Below are positions 52,670 through 64,000 of a DNA stretch of 64,000 nt, in pieces. Numbering within the stretch: position 1 is the first letter of the stretch; each line of letters opens with the position of its first letter. Source of the DNA: Octopus vulgaris. Lineage: Eukaryota. Location: NCBI GenBank assembly GCA_951406725.2, contig OX597816.1, positions 166,594,001 to 166,658,000 on the forward strand. The letters are read 5' to 3'. Under the pieces are notes generated by a model, which did no database searches, was not told where the DNA came from, and saw only the letters and a list, made by a program, of their open reading frames with translations. Both the position numbers and the translations under genes were made by a program.

Positions 52670-55600
52670 TCACGTTCTGAGTTCAAATTCTGACGAGATC
52701 AACTTTGCTTCCATTCATACAGTTTTAATACCTGTATCAGAGACATTTCTTTCTTACTTTAAAATACTTTAAATAGAGAAACAATCTCTAATCTGCCACC
52801 ATTGCGGAATTGGAAAATACTGCCAAAGTATACATACAATTCAGAAGATAATGACGAAGAATTTAACCCGAAACGTTTAACCTTTCATTCTCTTGTAAAA
52901 CATCCGACTTCAGTGCTGTAAAGTATCACATTCTACACCTAACATTCCAAGAATTCAGTGTTTTTCCACTAACTTTTCCAACCTGTATCTCTCACCAGAT
53001 GGATGGAGCGCGAACGATAAGCATTGTGCTTGGTTTCGATTCCCCGTTGAAGATTTCTCATTTCCATTGATTTACGTTTTAGAATTGGCACGAATATTTA
53101 AACAACTCATGATCGGTTTCACAAAGCTGGGACTTTGTGGAAGGTCTGAACGAAATCAATAAATTTCACTATTCTTCAAATGACTGATAACATCACAATT
53201 TATAGAATGAATTTACGAAACAATGACATATCACCATTCATTACGTACTAGAGTTTATAAAACAAAATCCCTGATAATTTTAGACTGTAACCACAATCTG
53301 ACTTGTAGATTATCTTTATTTCAGGATAAGTCAAAAGCTCTTGAGCTTCACTATTCTTGATAAATGATTCAACCGCAATTGCCGGTCCAAATTATACCAC
53401 TATCTGAGAACGGAAACGATTAAAAAATCAACTACATGAAAATATTTTTTCTTATCTATTTTATCTATTTTACTACGAGTAGATGTAAAAGGAAAAGAAT
53501 TATTTGGAGAATAATGAATTCGCTAGTACCATTTATATGAAGGCCACATGTTTGGGTTAGCATTACCATATTTAATGCGAACATATCTACATAAATAAAT
53601 ACATGTTTGTTATTTCTTTCCAATCTCTGTCCATGTCCATGCGAGGCCTGTTTGTAATTGTACTATATTTCTTTTTTTTTTTTTTGGAGAAACAGTGATC
53701 ACATGTTCCGCTGAAGCCAATAAGACTTGTGATCTTCATGCAACGTGCAAAGTTTTATCCGATGGTTCATTTAAGTGTGTGTGCCCTGCTGGAGTTGTTA
53801 GCGGCGATGGCCTCAAAGGCGAAAATAATACCGGATGTATATTTGGTAAGTAGCTGAAGACTTCGTACATACTAAATGGTGAAGTGAGTAAATTCTATTA
53901 TCAACTCATTACTGGTTATTCGCTGCGGGATTTAACAGGTCTCTACAAGTACAGTACATTAGTTCATCTAGGAGTGTAGGTTTCACAGCTTTATAGAATA
54001 TTACGAGGGAGAAAGTAATGATATTTATAGTAACCGCCGCCACAGGGTCTCTTGACTTCCATTATGTTAAGTCGGATGTGAAATCCTTTAAATAATTCTT
54101 TTACCCCATACGAACTGATCAGCGATCACAAGATGTGTCACAGTTGCTGCTATTTGAAATTATGTTCCCAGCAACTCATTTGTTAGCGATCCTAATGTAA
54201 GGAGAAAAAAGGGAAGGGTCTATTGTTTAGATGATTGTAAGGGACTTAAAGAAGTAGAGATTATTATCTGTTCTGTAATGTTTGTTGGGACTTATAAGAG
54301 TAAGCGTGCGAGGGAGGGAGAAAGAGACGGAGAAACACAGCGTAAAGGAGATTATGAAAGTGAAGAAAAATGAACATATGGGTACTTGAAACATTCGATT
54401 CCAGATTTAGGAAAAGGGAGAAAAAATAAATGTCGTTGAAGTTTCAGTGAAACACGCCCGTAGAAAACACAATATGGCGATCGTTTAGTGTTTCATGTTG
54501 CGAGACAATAAAAGAGAAACAGGGAGAAAGATAGGAATTTGAAAATAAAATGTTAAAGAAAGTTGGAATTTCAGGTAAATGTTTGATATCCGACAGATTC
54601 AGTTAGTGAGATTAGACGATGTCAGAAACAAAAATTGGTCGTTGAAACGACTTACTATTTTACAAAAGCAAAATAGGGAATGTCTTCACACTAACAGTAC
54701 AATATTTTACGGTGCCCATAGAGTGTCTAAAAAATATATTAGTTTTGTTGAGGCCCTGATAAGGAATGAAATGTAAAGCCAGTTTCGAATGGCACTTCAG
54801 GAAGAACGTCTCATTTAATTAAACGTATTATTTAATTAAACGTATCATTTAATTAAACGTATCATTTAATTAACATTTTTCTTGCCATATTTTGGTTGAA
54901 AGCTTCTGCTGTTTTTCATTTAATTTGATCATAATGAAGACTTTATTAAAATAACTTTCTCAATATTAAGTTGACGCGTGGAGATATAACAGCCAAATTT
55001 TGGCGGAAGGTTTCAACTTAGGTTACTTAAACACTTGTCCCATTTCTGTTGAAATACAATACCTTTCTTTCAACTAACTTTGCGAATAACGAAGAATGGA
55101 GTAAAATGACATTCTCATTATTAAGTTGCTGTTTGGAACTTAAATTCAAACGATATTTTGAGGACGATTTTAAGTTAGATCACTTGAAGCCGTTTCTTAA
55201 CATATCTCTGTTGAAATATGCTGCCTTTCTTCCAATTAATTTTGAAAATAACAAAGAATTAATAAAACAACTTTGCCATTATTAAGCTTCGTGAACAGAG
55301 GCGCGAGTGAGACTGTTTCAGCGTGGCCTGTCTTAATATTCATAAAATAGCAGCCAAATCTCCCTTATACCATATTCTGCTGTTTTAAAATATATATATG
55401 TTGACTAATGTAATCCTGAGTATGACGTCTTTCTTTGAGAGTGAATTATCAAACTTCAGCTCAATCGGTGTCTATCAAGGGGTTTACATAAAGCAACAGC
55501 TACTAAGAAGTGTTCCCTAACCCTACAGATTAGTCATTCCGTCCTCCAAGGTTCAAAACTAAACGACAGAAAGAAGATGCCAACATTATCAGTCTTTTAA

Positions 55601-55700
55601 ATTTGAATAATTTTTGTCGCCTTTCAGTAAATTGGGAATATTCCTGTGAAGAAGACCCAGAGAGATGCCATGACGAATTGGGCTCCTGCGATGATGACTA
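52670..55700 (+). repeat. Intragenic duplication, copy 1 (copy 2 from about 60905 to window end)
   Basis: Colinear introns and exons with an offset of about 8.3 kb (donors 53845 vs 62179, acceptors 55628 vs 63930). Confidence 0.95.
53690..53845 (+). CDS. EGF-like domain exon A1 (phase 1-1; alternative in-frame start 53696)
   Basis: ETVITCSAEANKTCDLHATCKVLSDGSFKCVCPAGVVSGDGLKGENNTGCIF: six Cys, 156 nt, donor GTAAGT. Confidence 0.9.
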
Positions 55701-55752
55701 CTTTTGTAATTGCAAAGAGGTTACAAGGGAGATGCTGTAACAGAGTGCATTG
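55628..55752 (+). CDS. EGF-like domain exon B1 with an apparent 1-nt deletion
   Basis: ttcAG|..|GTAAGT. VNWEYSCEEDPERCHDELGSCDDDYFCNCKE then (-1) GYKGDAVTECI. Length is 125 nt, one short of 126. Confidence 0.8.
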
Positions 55753-55845
55753 GTAAGTAGATTCAATCATTCATTCACCCAATCGAGATAAATCATTCCA
55801 GAATCCTAAGGATGTCAAGCGCTTACATATATACATTATTCACCA

Positions 55846-55923
<78 letters not shown>

Positions 55924-56015
55924 TACATACATGCATACATACAAACATACATTCATACATACATACATACATACATACATACATACATACATACATACAT
56001 ACATACATACATACA

Positions 56016-56566
56016 TGGTGGCTGCCCCCTCGTTATCGAGTATGGCCATTGCGCGAAGCTTAATCAATGTTGTTATCGTGCATTGCCTGTGCCAGAAGAT
56101 TTTTTTAAGTGAGGAAAGGCTGTGCACTGAGTCAATCCCACTCACCAAGCAGCAGCAGCCATAATCCGAAAAGAAGAACAAGTCTACATCATCGGTAACC
56201 ACTGAGCCGCAGGTTTTATATCGGAGTTATCCCAGTTACCTGAGTTACCTTCTCCTAGAAGGATGCCCTAATACAGGCTAGGAGTCCTTCACTACCATAG
56301 GTTTAACCGCGCGATCGGGTATTCAGTCCGATTATTTCTATGTCCCCGCGCATGATACAGCCTTAAGACATTTATTGGATGGCCGTTGACTCTCAAGAGT
56401 TCCTCCGCCCTTTGACGGGTTTTGTTTTTCATCCCGCAGGGTGTCCAATAAACACCTTCCTCACCAAGCAAGCTTGGTGGGGTTGCTGATTTAGTCGCCG
56501 ACGACCCGACCATGCAACAGGTTGTACTGGGTTACATGTTACCAGTAGCACTCGAAAGTGACCTGA
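56016..56566 (-). mobile_element. Non-autonomous retroelement with an RTE-like tail inserted in (CATA)n
   Basis: GC-richer 550-bp block flanked by (CATA)n on both sides. The minus-strand end ggccatactcgataacgagggggcagcc resembles the other RTE tails. Confidence 0.55.
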
Positions 56567-56574
56567 CATAAACA

Positions 56575-56605
<31 letters not shown>

Positions 56606-56606
56606 C

Positions 56607-56663
<57 letters not shown>

Positions 56664-56667
<4 letters not shown>

Positions 56668-57070
56668 TAAATAAGAGTAGAAATTGATATCAACCAATTA
56701 AAACCAAGGCCTAGCATATTTAAAAATCTGAAGATTAAAATTATTTTACATACAAAATTTAGAGGACTAACCACTAAAACTATATCCTAGATATAGACGT
56801 GAAAATCGACATTTTCCACGAAAAATGTGTTCTGAAGAAAAATTTTCAGCAAAAAAAAACAAAGTGTAAAAATAAGCAAGACAAATAAAAATATACGATA
56901 TGAAAAACGATTACCTATGTACTAATTAGTTTCACTTGTTAATATTTACGTATATGGATACGCAAACATCTGCAAGATCATCAGCATAGTCTGTCGTTTA
57001 TAGATTTTGACGTCTATATCTAGCATATAGGCTGTCCATTTTTAGTGGTCAGTCCTCTAAATTTTGTGTG
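56664..57070. mobile_element. Fold-back element enclosing a hammerhead; relative of 39150-39926
   Basis: caaaatttagaggactaaccactaaaa..tagatatagacgt is mirrored by acgtctatatctag..ttttagtggtcagtcctctaaattttg. Confidence 0.8.
56915..56989 (-). ncRNA. Type I hammerhead ribozyme motif, intronic and antisense to the EGF gene
   Basis: Minus strand CUAUG-CUGAUGA-uCUUG..AUGUUUGCGUA...UACGUAAAUAU..CAAGu-GAAA-CUAAUUAG-UA^CAUAG. Confidence 0.75.
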
Positions 57071-57075
57071 TGTGC

Positions 57076-57124
<49 letters not shown>

Positions 57125-58305
57125 TGTATGTATGTATGTATGTATGTATGTATGTATATGTATATATATGAGTATGTGCATGTGTGAGTGTGTGTGACTC
57201 TGTGCGTGTGTGTGTATGCATATATATTTATATATGTTTACATATTCAAATATATGTGTATCTAAATTGATATATACATATATATGCATGTTCATATATG
57301 TATACATATATGTGTATACATATATATTTATTATATTAAGGGCATTACTACACGTAAATGCCTCACGCTATGAGGGACTCTTAACGTCAAAACTACCATA
57401 ATAGATATACAGTGTACCGATAGCGAGCGAATGCAACGTGGAAGTCGTCTCTTAAAAACAGATTCAACCGCAAAACATATGATTTCATAGCTAGTGTACA
57501 TAGTCCACTTTTCAGTCGTCAATGCAGGCATAATCAGAACACATAAAAATGAACAAAATTTAACATTCCAGACGAACGTGAAATGTATCCAACATAGCAC
57601 ATAGAAATGTTCACTCTTATATATTTATGTAAGAGGCAGTCTTTTCAAATTACATCTTGGTACACTTGTATATTCGGAATAATTCAGCACCGAATATATT
57701 CCAGTTAAATTTCATAATTCAGCGCTGAATATATTCCGGTTAAATTTAAAATTAAATATAAGATAAAATTTATACAAGAAATTATCAAGTAGTCAGCGTG
57801 AAAATCTTATGTATAAATAGTTACATACATACATATACATTTATATTCATACATACGTAAAATTGGCCCTCCGTCATTTACGACGAAGACTGTGGCACTT
57901 GATCTGACCAACGGATCAACCTGCACCTGAAATTAGCGTGCAAGTGGCTCCGCATTCTACAGACTCGAGTACATTTCATGTAGTTCTCAGGGAGATTCAG
58001 AGTGAAACACAACGTGACACTTTCACTACTGGCAAGTAATCTTGAAATAACGCACATACATACATAAAGACACACACATACATAAAAACACACACATACA
58101 TACATACATACATACATACATACATACATACATACATACATACATACATACATACATACATACATACATACATAAGGACATGCATACATACATACATACA
58201 TACATACATACATACATACATACATGCATACATACATACATATGATCTTACACGTATACGTACATACAAACGTAAATACTTCCAAGCATGCATATATATT
58301 CTTAA

Positions 58306-58517
58306 ATTCTTTTACTTGGTTCAGTCATTTTGACTGTGGCCATGCTGGAGCACCGCCTTAAGTCGAACAAATCGACCTCAGGACTTAGTCTTTGTAATCC
58401 TGGTACTTATTATATCGGTATCTTTTGCCGAACCGCTATGGAGACACAAACAGACCAATATCGTCTGTCAAGAGATGGTGAAGGAATAAATAGACACATG
58501 CACACAAATATGCACAT

Positions 58518-58556
<39 letters not shown>

Positions 58557-58565
58557 TTGCATATA

Positions 58566-58630
<65 letters not shown>

Positions 58631-58640
58631 GCATATATAC

Positions 58641-58736
<96 letters not shown>

Positions 58737-58920
58737 GTATATACGACGGTGGGCATCTTCCAGTTTCCGTCTACCAGATCCACTCAGGAGGGTTTGGTCA
58801 GCCCAAAGCTTTAGTGGAGGACACTTGCCCAAGGTGCTATGGTGCTATGCAGTGGGACTGAACCCCAGAACCATGTGCTTGGGAAGTAAGATCCTTACCA
58901 CACAGCAACGCCTGCGACTA
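58306..58920 (-). mobile_element. SINE family A with expanded internal (TA)n
   Basis: Both SINE halves flank about 220 bp of TA repeat. Confidence 0.85.
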
Positions 58921-59099
58921 TACACTCACATGTACACGCATGCGCACCAAAATATATGTATACACACATGCATACATGTATGCTTGCATACATATGTGCA
59001 TGCACTCATGCAAGTGTGCATACATACAGGCGTTCATGCACACATAGCACTTTTATACATGCATACATACATGCAGACAGGCTTGCATGGATACAAATA

Positions 59100-59478
59100 T
59101 CAACACAAGGAATGATTGTGGAACATTCCCATCAACACATATGCCAACTGTAAGCATAACAGACCGGACATTCTTGTTTGGGACAAAGGGTGTAGCGTGA
59201 TAGAGGCCAGCTTTCCTGATGATGTGACTATCTTTTAGAAAACTAAAGAGACAGACGATAACTATGAACAACAGTTTCGAAAACTCCAGCTTCTATATCT
59301 AGATTATAAATTCACATTTATACCAATAATAAATGGTGCGCCTGATTTGCGAATAAATGCCTAACTGGTTGTCTGGCTAAGCTAGGGGTTTTAGAAAAAG
59401 ACATCGATCAACTAACTCGTACATTACAATCTGTAAGTGGAACAGTACAAATATGCAAAACTTTTCTCGAGTTTAATA
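59100..59478 (+). mobile_element. Restriction-like endonuclease C-terminus of a decayed non-LTR element
   Basis: WNIPINTYANCKHNRPDILVWDK..VIE, then FIPIINGA and ICKTFLEF. Confidence 0.7.
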
Positions 59479-59909
59479 TGTGACATTCTCTTCATTATCT
59501 AAATTCCAACGATGGAGCATTGTATGTCTGTTAGAAACCAGCTCCTTCGTCAGAGCAGGAATTAAAATATTTAAAAACAGAAGACAATATACGTACATGC
59601 ATACATGCATACGTACAAACATAAATATATACATAAATATAAACATACGTATATACCATCTTATAGCATCTACACGTATAATCAAATCTGTGTGTTTAGA
59701 CGCATATAAATGAGTTATTCTACATACGACGGGCTACAAATATATATACAAGTTATAAGTTTGTATATGAATATGTATACACATGCGTGTGTCTATATAT
59801 GCATGTGTATCTTTGGGAATATGAGTAAGTGTATATGTATATGGTACTATATATAATAAATGATATATAACATAGTTGTCAACATTCGTTGTATTTTTCT
59901 TTCCATTAG

Positions 59910-60035
59910 ATATTGACGAATGTGCATCGGACGCCTTGAACCTGTGTGACGTCAATGCCAACTGCACAAACATTCCTGGTTCCTACAACTGTTCTTGTAA
60001 CCACGAATACGAGGGGGATGGTTTCACTTGTAAAA
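59910..60035 (+). CDS. Calcium-binding EGF domain exon C (phase 1-1)
   Basis: DIDECASDALNLCDVNANCTNIPGSYNCSCNHEYEGDGFTCK: cbEGF consensus D-I-D-E-C and C-x-N-x-x-G-S-Y-x-C, 126 nt, ttAG|..|GTAAGT. Confidence 0.95.
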
Positions 60036-60704
60036 GTAAGTTACCTTCTTTCTCTTTCTAAACTTTTAACAAACCATTCTAATCCGTTGTCATCGCGGAA
60101 TCATTTTCCATTGCATTGTGTCTGTTACGCGTTTGGTACGACGGAAAAGTATCGCTTCGAACAAAACGCTTATTAATTGTTTCTAACTTTTTACGTTCCG
60201 AATTGGAATAGTGCCGAGATCCACTAATTGAGCACTGGACAGTATGTAAACGTAGTGGAGGCGCAATGGCCCAGCGGTCAGGGCAGCGGACACGCGGTCG
60301 TAAGAACGCGGTTTCGATTCCCAGACCAGTCATTGTGTGTGTTTATTGAGCAAAAACACCTAAACTCCACGATGCTCCAGCGGTGGGGGAGGGGACTCCT
60401 CTGTACTCTTTCACCACAACTTCCTCACACTTTTTCTTCCTACTTCTGCCACAAAGCAGAGGAACCATGGTGTAACCCACTATGGTGTGATAAACTTTCA
60501 GACCCTAGTCTAGATTGCGAATCCTCTGTACCTTAGGATGGTTCAGCTCTCCGCCCGATAAAAGCCACCGTTTACGGAATGAGGATAACAACGTCTATAT
60601 CGTGTGGTGGGTGGATCTTCGAGTTGCCACACACATTCTTAGTTGCTTAGAGTCGGCACGAAATAGAGAATATTCTTTGTGGCTAATGACGTGAGTCCTG
60701 ATTG

Positions 60705-60855
60705 GAAGAAGAAGAGAGAAGAAGAAGAAGAAGAAGAAGAAGAAGAAGAAGAAGAAGAAGAAGAAGAAGAAGAAGAAGAAGAAGAAGAAGAAGAAGAAGA
60801 AGAAGAAGAAGAAGAAGAAGAAGAAGAAGAAGAAGAAGAAGAAGAAGAAGAAGAA
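60705..60855. repeat. (GAA)n microsatellite
   Basis: Direct reading. Confidence 0.95.
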
Positions 60856-61993
60856 TGTAAACATCGGAAAAATTATTTGCGATATTTATTCTGGCTGTTT
60901 ATATACTCCGGGTTCAAGTTGTGACAAGATCAACTTTGCTTCCATCCAGGCAGGCCTAATGATTCTTTCAAACACAATTTCTTCTTACTTTGAAATTTTG
61001 TGAGCGGAAACATAATCTCCATTCTGTTGCCATTGCGAAATTGGAAATAAGTACCAAAGTATACCGATGATTATGAAGATAATGGCGAAGAATTCAATCC
61101 CATATGTTTAATCTTTCATTCTCTTGAAAAAGATACGATCTCAGTGTTATAAACTATCAAATTCTACACCAAACATTCCAAGAATTCAGTGTTTTCCAAT
61201 TGATTTTCCAGCTTGTATTTCTCACCAGATGGATGGAACGCAAACGATAAGCATTGTTCTTAGTTTCGATTTATTGTTGAAGATTTCATGTTGAAGATTT
61301 ACGTTTTAGAATTGGTACGAATTTTTGACAACCCATGCTCTGTTTCCTAAACCAGGGGCTTCGTGGAACGTCTAAAAGAAATCAATACATTTCACTATTC
61401 TTCAAATGACTGATAACATCACAATTTATAAAATGAATTTACGAAACAAAGGCATGTCACCATTCACTACCTACTAGAGTTTATAAAACAAAATCTATAA
61501 GTTCAGACTGAAATCACAATCTGACTCTTCAGCTTCACCATTCTCCGGTCCAAATTATACCACAATCTGAGAAAATGCAACGATTAAAAAATCAACTGCA
61601 TGAAAATGTTTTTCTTATCAATTTTACTACGAGTAGATGTAAAAGGGAAAGAATTATTTGGAGAAAAATGAATTTGCTACTACCATTTACATGAAGACCA
61701 CATGGTTGAGTTAGCATTACCATATTTAATGCCAACATATCTACATAAATAGATATATGTTGATTGCTATTTTGAAAGTTTGTTATTTCTTTCCAATCTC
61801 TGTCCTTGCCAGTTTGGCTTTCTATCCTATAGAATATTACAGTCACAACTGAAGCAGATTGTGATGCCCACTCCACATTCGTAAGGCCACACCAATAGAC
61901 ATGTAAAATTTGAGACCATTTTCTGAAGCGCCTTGTATTTCTAAATACGAGGGCAGTTTGTAATTTCACTATTTTTGTTTTATATTTTTGTAG

Positions 61994-62179
61994 AAACAGA
62001 GACGAACCAAAGTTCGGGTCTCGAAACAGAGACCACATGTTCCATTGAAGCCAATAACACTTGTGATTCTCATGCAACGTGCAAAGTTTTATCCGATGGT
62101 TCATTTAAGTGTGTGTGCCCTAGTGAAGCTGTTGGCGGCGATGCCCTCAAAGGCGAAAATAATACCGGATGTATATTTG
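61994..62179 (+). CDS. EGF-like domain exon A2 (paralogue of A1 with a 10-aa N-terminal insertion)
   Basis: KTETNQSSGLETETTCSIEANNTCDSHATCKVLSDGSFKCVCPSEAVGGDALKGENNTGCIF: 186 nt, tgtAG|..|GTAAGT. Confidence 0.9.
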
Positions 62180-63929
62180 GTAAGTAGCTAAAACCTTCGT
62201 AGATGCAAAATGGTCAAGTGAATAAATTCTATTATCAACTCATTACTGGTTATTCGCTGCGTGATTTAACAGGTTTTTAAACGTACGTTACCTTAGTTCA
62301 TCTAGGAGTGTATATTTCACAGCTTTAGAGAATGTTACGAGTGAGAAAGTAACCGCCACAGGGTCTGTTCACTGGAATTATATTAAGTCTAATGTGGAGT
62401 CCTTTAAATATTTCTTTCACCCCATACGACCTGATCAGCGATCACAAGATGTGTCACAGTTGCTGCTAATTGAAATTATGTTGCCAACTACTCATTTGTT
62501 AGCGATCCTAATGTAAGGAGAAAAATGGGAAGGGTCGATTGGTTAGATGATTGTAAGGGACTTAAAGAAGTAGAGATTATTATCTGTACTGTAATGTTTG
62601 TTGGGACTTATAAGAGTAAGCGTGCGAGGGAGGGAGAAAGAGACGGAGAAACACAGCGGAAAGGAGATTATGAAAGTGAAGAAAAATGAACATATGGGTA
62701 CTTGAAACATTCGATTCCAGATTTAAGAAAAGGGAGAGAAAATAAATGTCGTTGAAGTTTCAGTGAAACACGCCCGTAGAAAACACAATATGGCGATCGT
62801 TTAGTGTTTCATGTTGCGAGACAATAAAAGAGAAACAGGGAGAAAGATAGGAATTTGAAAATAAAATGTTAAAGAAAGTTGGAATTTCAGGTAATGTTTG
62901 ATATCCGACAGATTCAGTTAGTGAGATTAGACGATATCAGAAACAAAAATTGGTCGTTGAAACGACTTACTATTTTACAAAAGCAAAATAAGGAATCTCT
63001 TCACACTAACAGTACAATATTTTACGGTGCCCATAGAGTGTCTAAAAAATATATTAGTTTTGCTGAGGCTCTGATAAGGAATGAAATGTAAAGCCAGTTT
63101 CGAATGGCACTTCAAGAAGAACGTCTCATTTAATTAAACGTAACATTTAATTAAACGTATTATTTAATTAACATTTTTCTTGCGATATTTTGGTTGAAAG
63201 TTTCTGTTGCTTTTCATTTAATTTGATCATAATGAAGGCTTTATTAAAATGACTTGCTCAATATTACGTTGACGCGTGGAGATATAACAGCAAAATTTTG
63301 GCGGAAGGTTTTAACTTAGGTCACTTAAACACTTGTCCCATTTCTGTTGAAATACAATGCCTTTCTTTCAACTAACTTTGCGAATAACAAAGAATTTAGT
63401 AAAATGACTTTGTGATTATTAATTTGCTTCTTGGAACTTAAATTCATACGATATTTTGAGGACGATTTTAAGTTAGATCACTTGAAGCCGTTTCTTAAAA
63501 TATCTCTGTTGAAATATGCTGCCTTTCCTCCAATTAATTTTTAGAATAACAACCAAAGAATTAATTAAAACAAGTTTGCCATTATTAAGCGTCGTGGACA
63601 GAGGCGCAAGTGAGAGTGTTTCAACGTGGCCTGTCTTAATATTCATAAAATAGCACCCAAATCTCCCTTATACCATATTCTGCTGTCTTAAAATATATAT
63701 GTTGGCTAATGTAGACCTGAGTATGACGTCTTTCTTTGAGAGTGAATTATCAAACTTCAGCTCAATCGGTGTCTATCAAGGGATTTCCATAAAGCAACAG
63801 CAATTAAGAAGTGTTCCCTAATCCTACAGATCAGTCATTCCATCCTCCAAGATTCAAAACTAAACGACAGAAAGAAGATGCCAACATTATCAGTCATTTA
63901 ATTTTTGAATAATTTTTGTCGCCTTTCAG

Positions 63930-64000
63930 TAAATTGGGAATATTCCTGTGAAGAAGGCCCAGAGAGATGCCATGACGAATTGGGCTTCTGTGATGATGAC
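63930..64000 (+). CDS. EGF-like domain exon B2 (runs off window end)
   Basis: ttcAG| VNWEYSCEEGPERCHDELGFCDDD, paralogue of 55628-55752. Confidence 0.85.

Noticed and set aside
54579-54776. ORF conserved in both duplicate blocks (also 62879-63091)
   Set aside because: Conservation is explained by near-identity of the whole duplicated intron; no domain or clear splice sites.
59910-60035. Assigning a gene name such as fibrillin, Notch or fibulin to the EGF gene
   Set aside because: Only generic EGF and cbEGF modules are visible; no diagnostic TB, LNR or other domains lie in the window.
61592-62104. 170-aa minus-strand ORF
   Set aside because: It is antisense to EGF exon A2 and intron, has no recognisable domain, and the paralogous block does not preserve it.

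Overview
AT-rich animal genomic DNA, not prokaryotic. The SINE families and microsatellite load look like an octopus or other cephalopod, which is my recognition and not a database result. About 50 kb is a graveyard of decayed transposons: R4/Dong-type, Tx1/L1-type, RTE and CR1 LINEs, a Penelope-like element, Helitrons, mariner/pogo/hAT MITEs and three tRNA-derived SINE families, all set in dense microsatellites. Nearly all long ORFs in the track are microsatellite or transposon artefacts. One real gene is visible on the + strand from about 50.8 kb. It has a signal-peptide exon followed by phase-1 EGF and calcium-binding EGF exons, the block of the first two EGF exons recurs about 8.3 kb downstream, and one exon carries a 1-nt frameshift. 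The most striking hidden structure is RNA-level. Reading by eye finds about 8 intact or near-intact and about 8 decayed minimal type I hammerhead ribozyme motifs with palindromic stem III, of Penelope/retrozyme type. One sits in a 541-nt head-to-tail unit whose upstream copy begins exactly at the predicted cleavage site. One shows the compensatory U3-A8 core variant. Most of the window's fold-back duplications enclose one. All alignments and folds were done by eye, and the edges of decayed elements are approximate.
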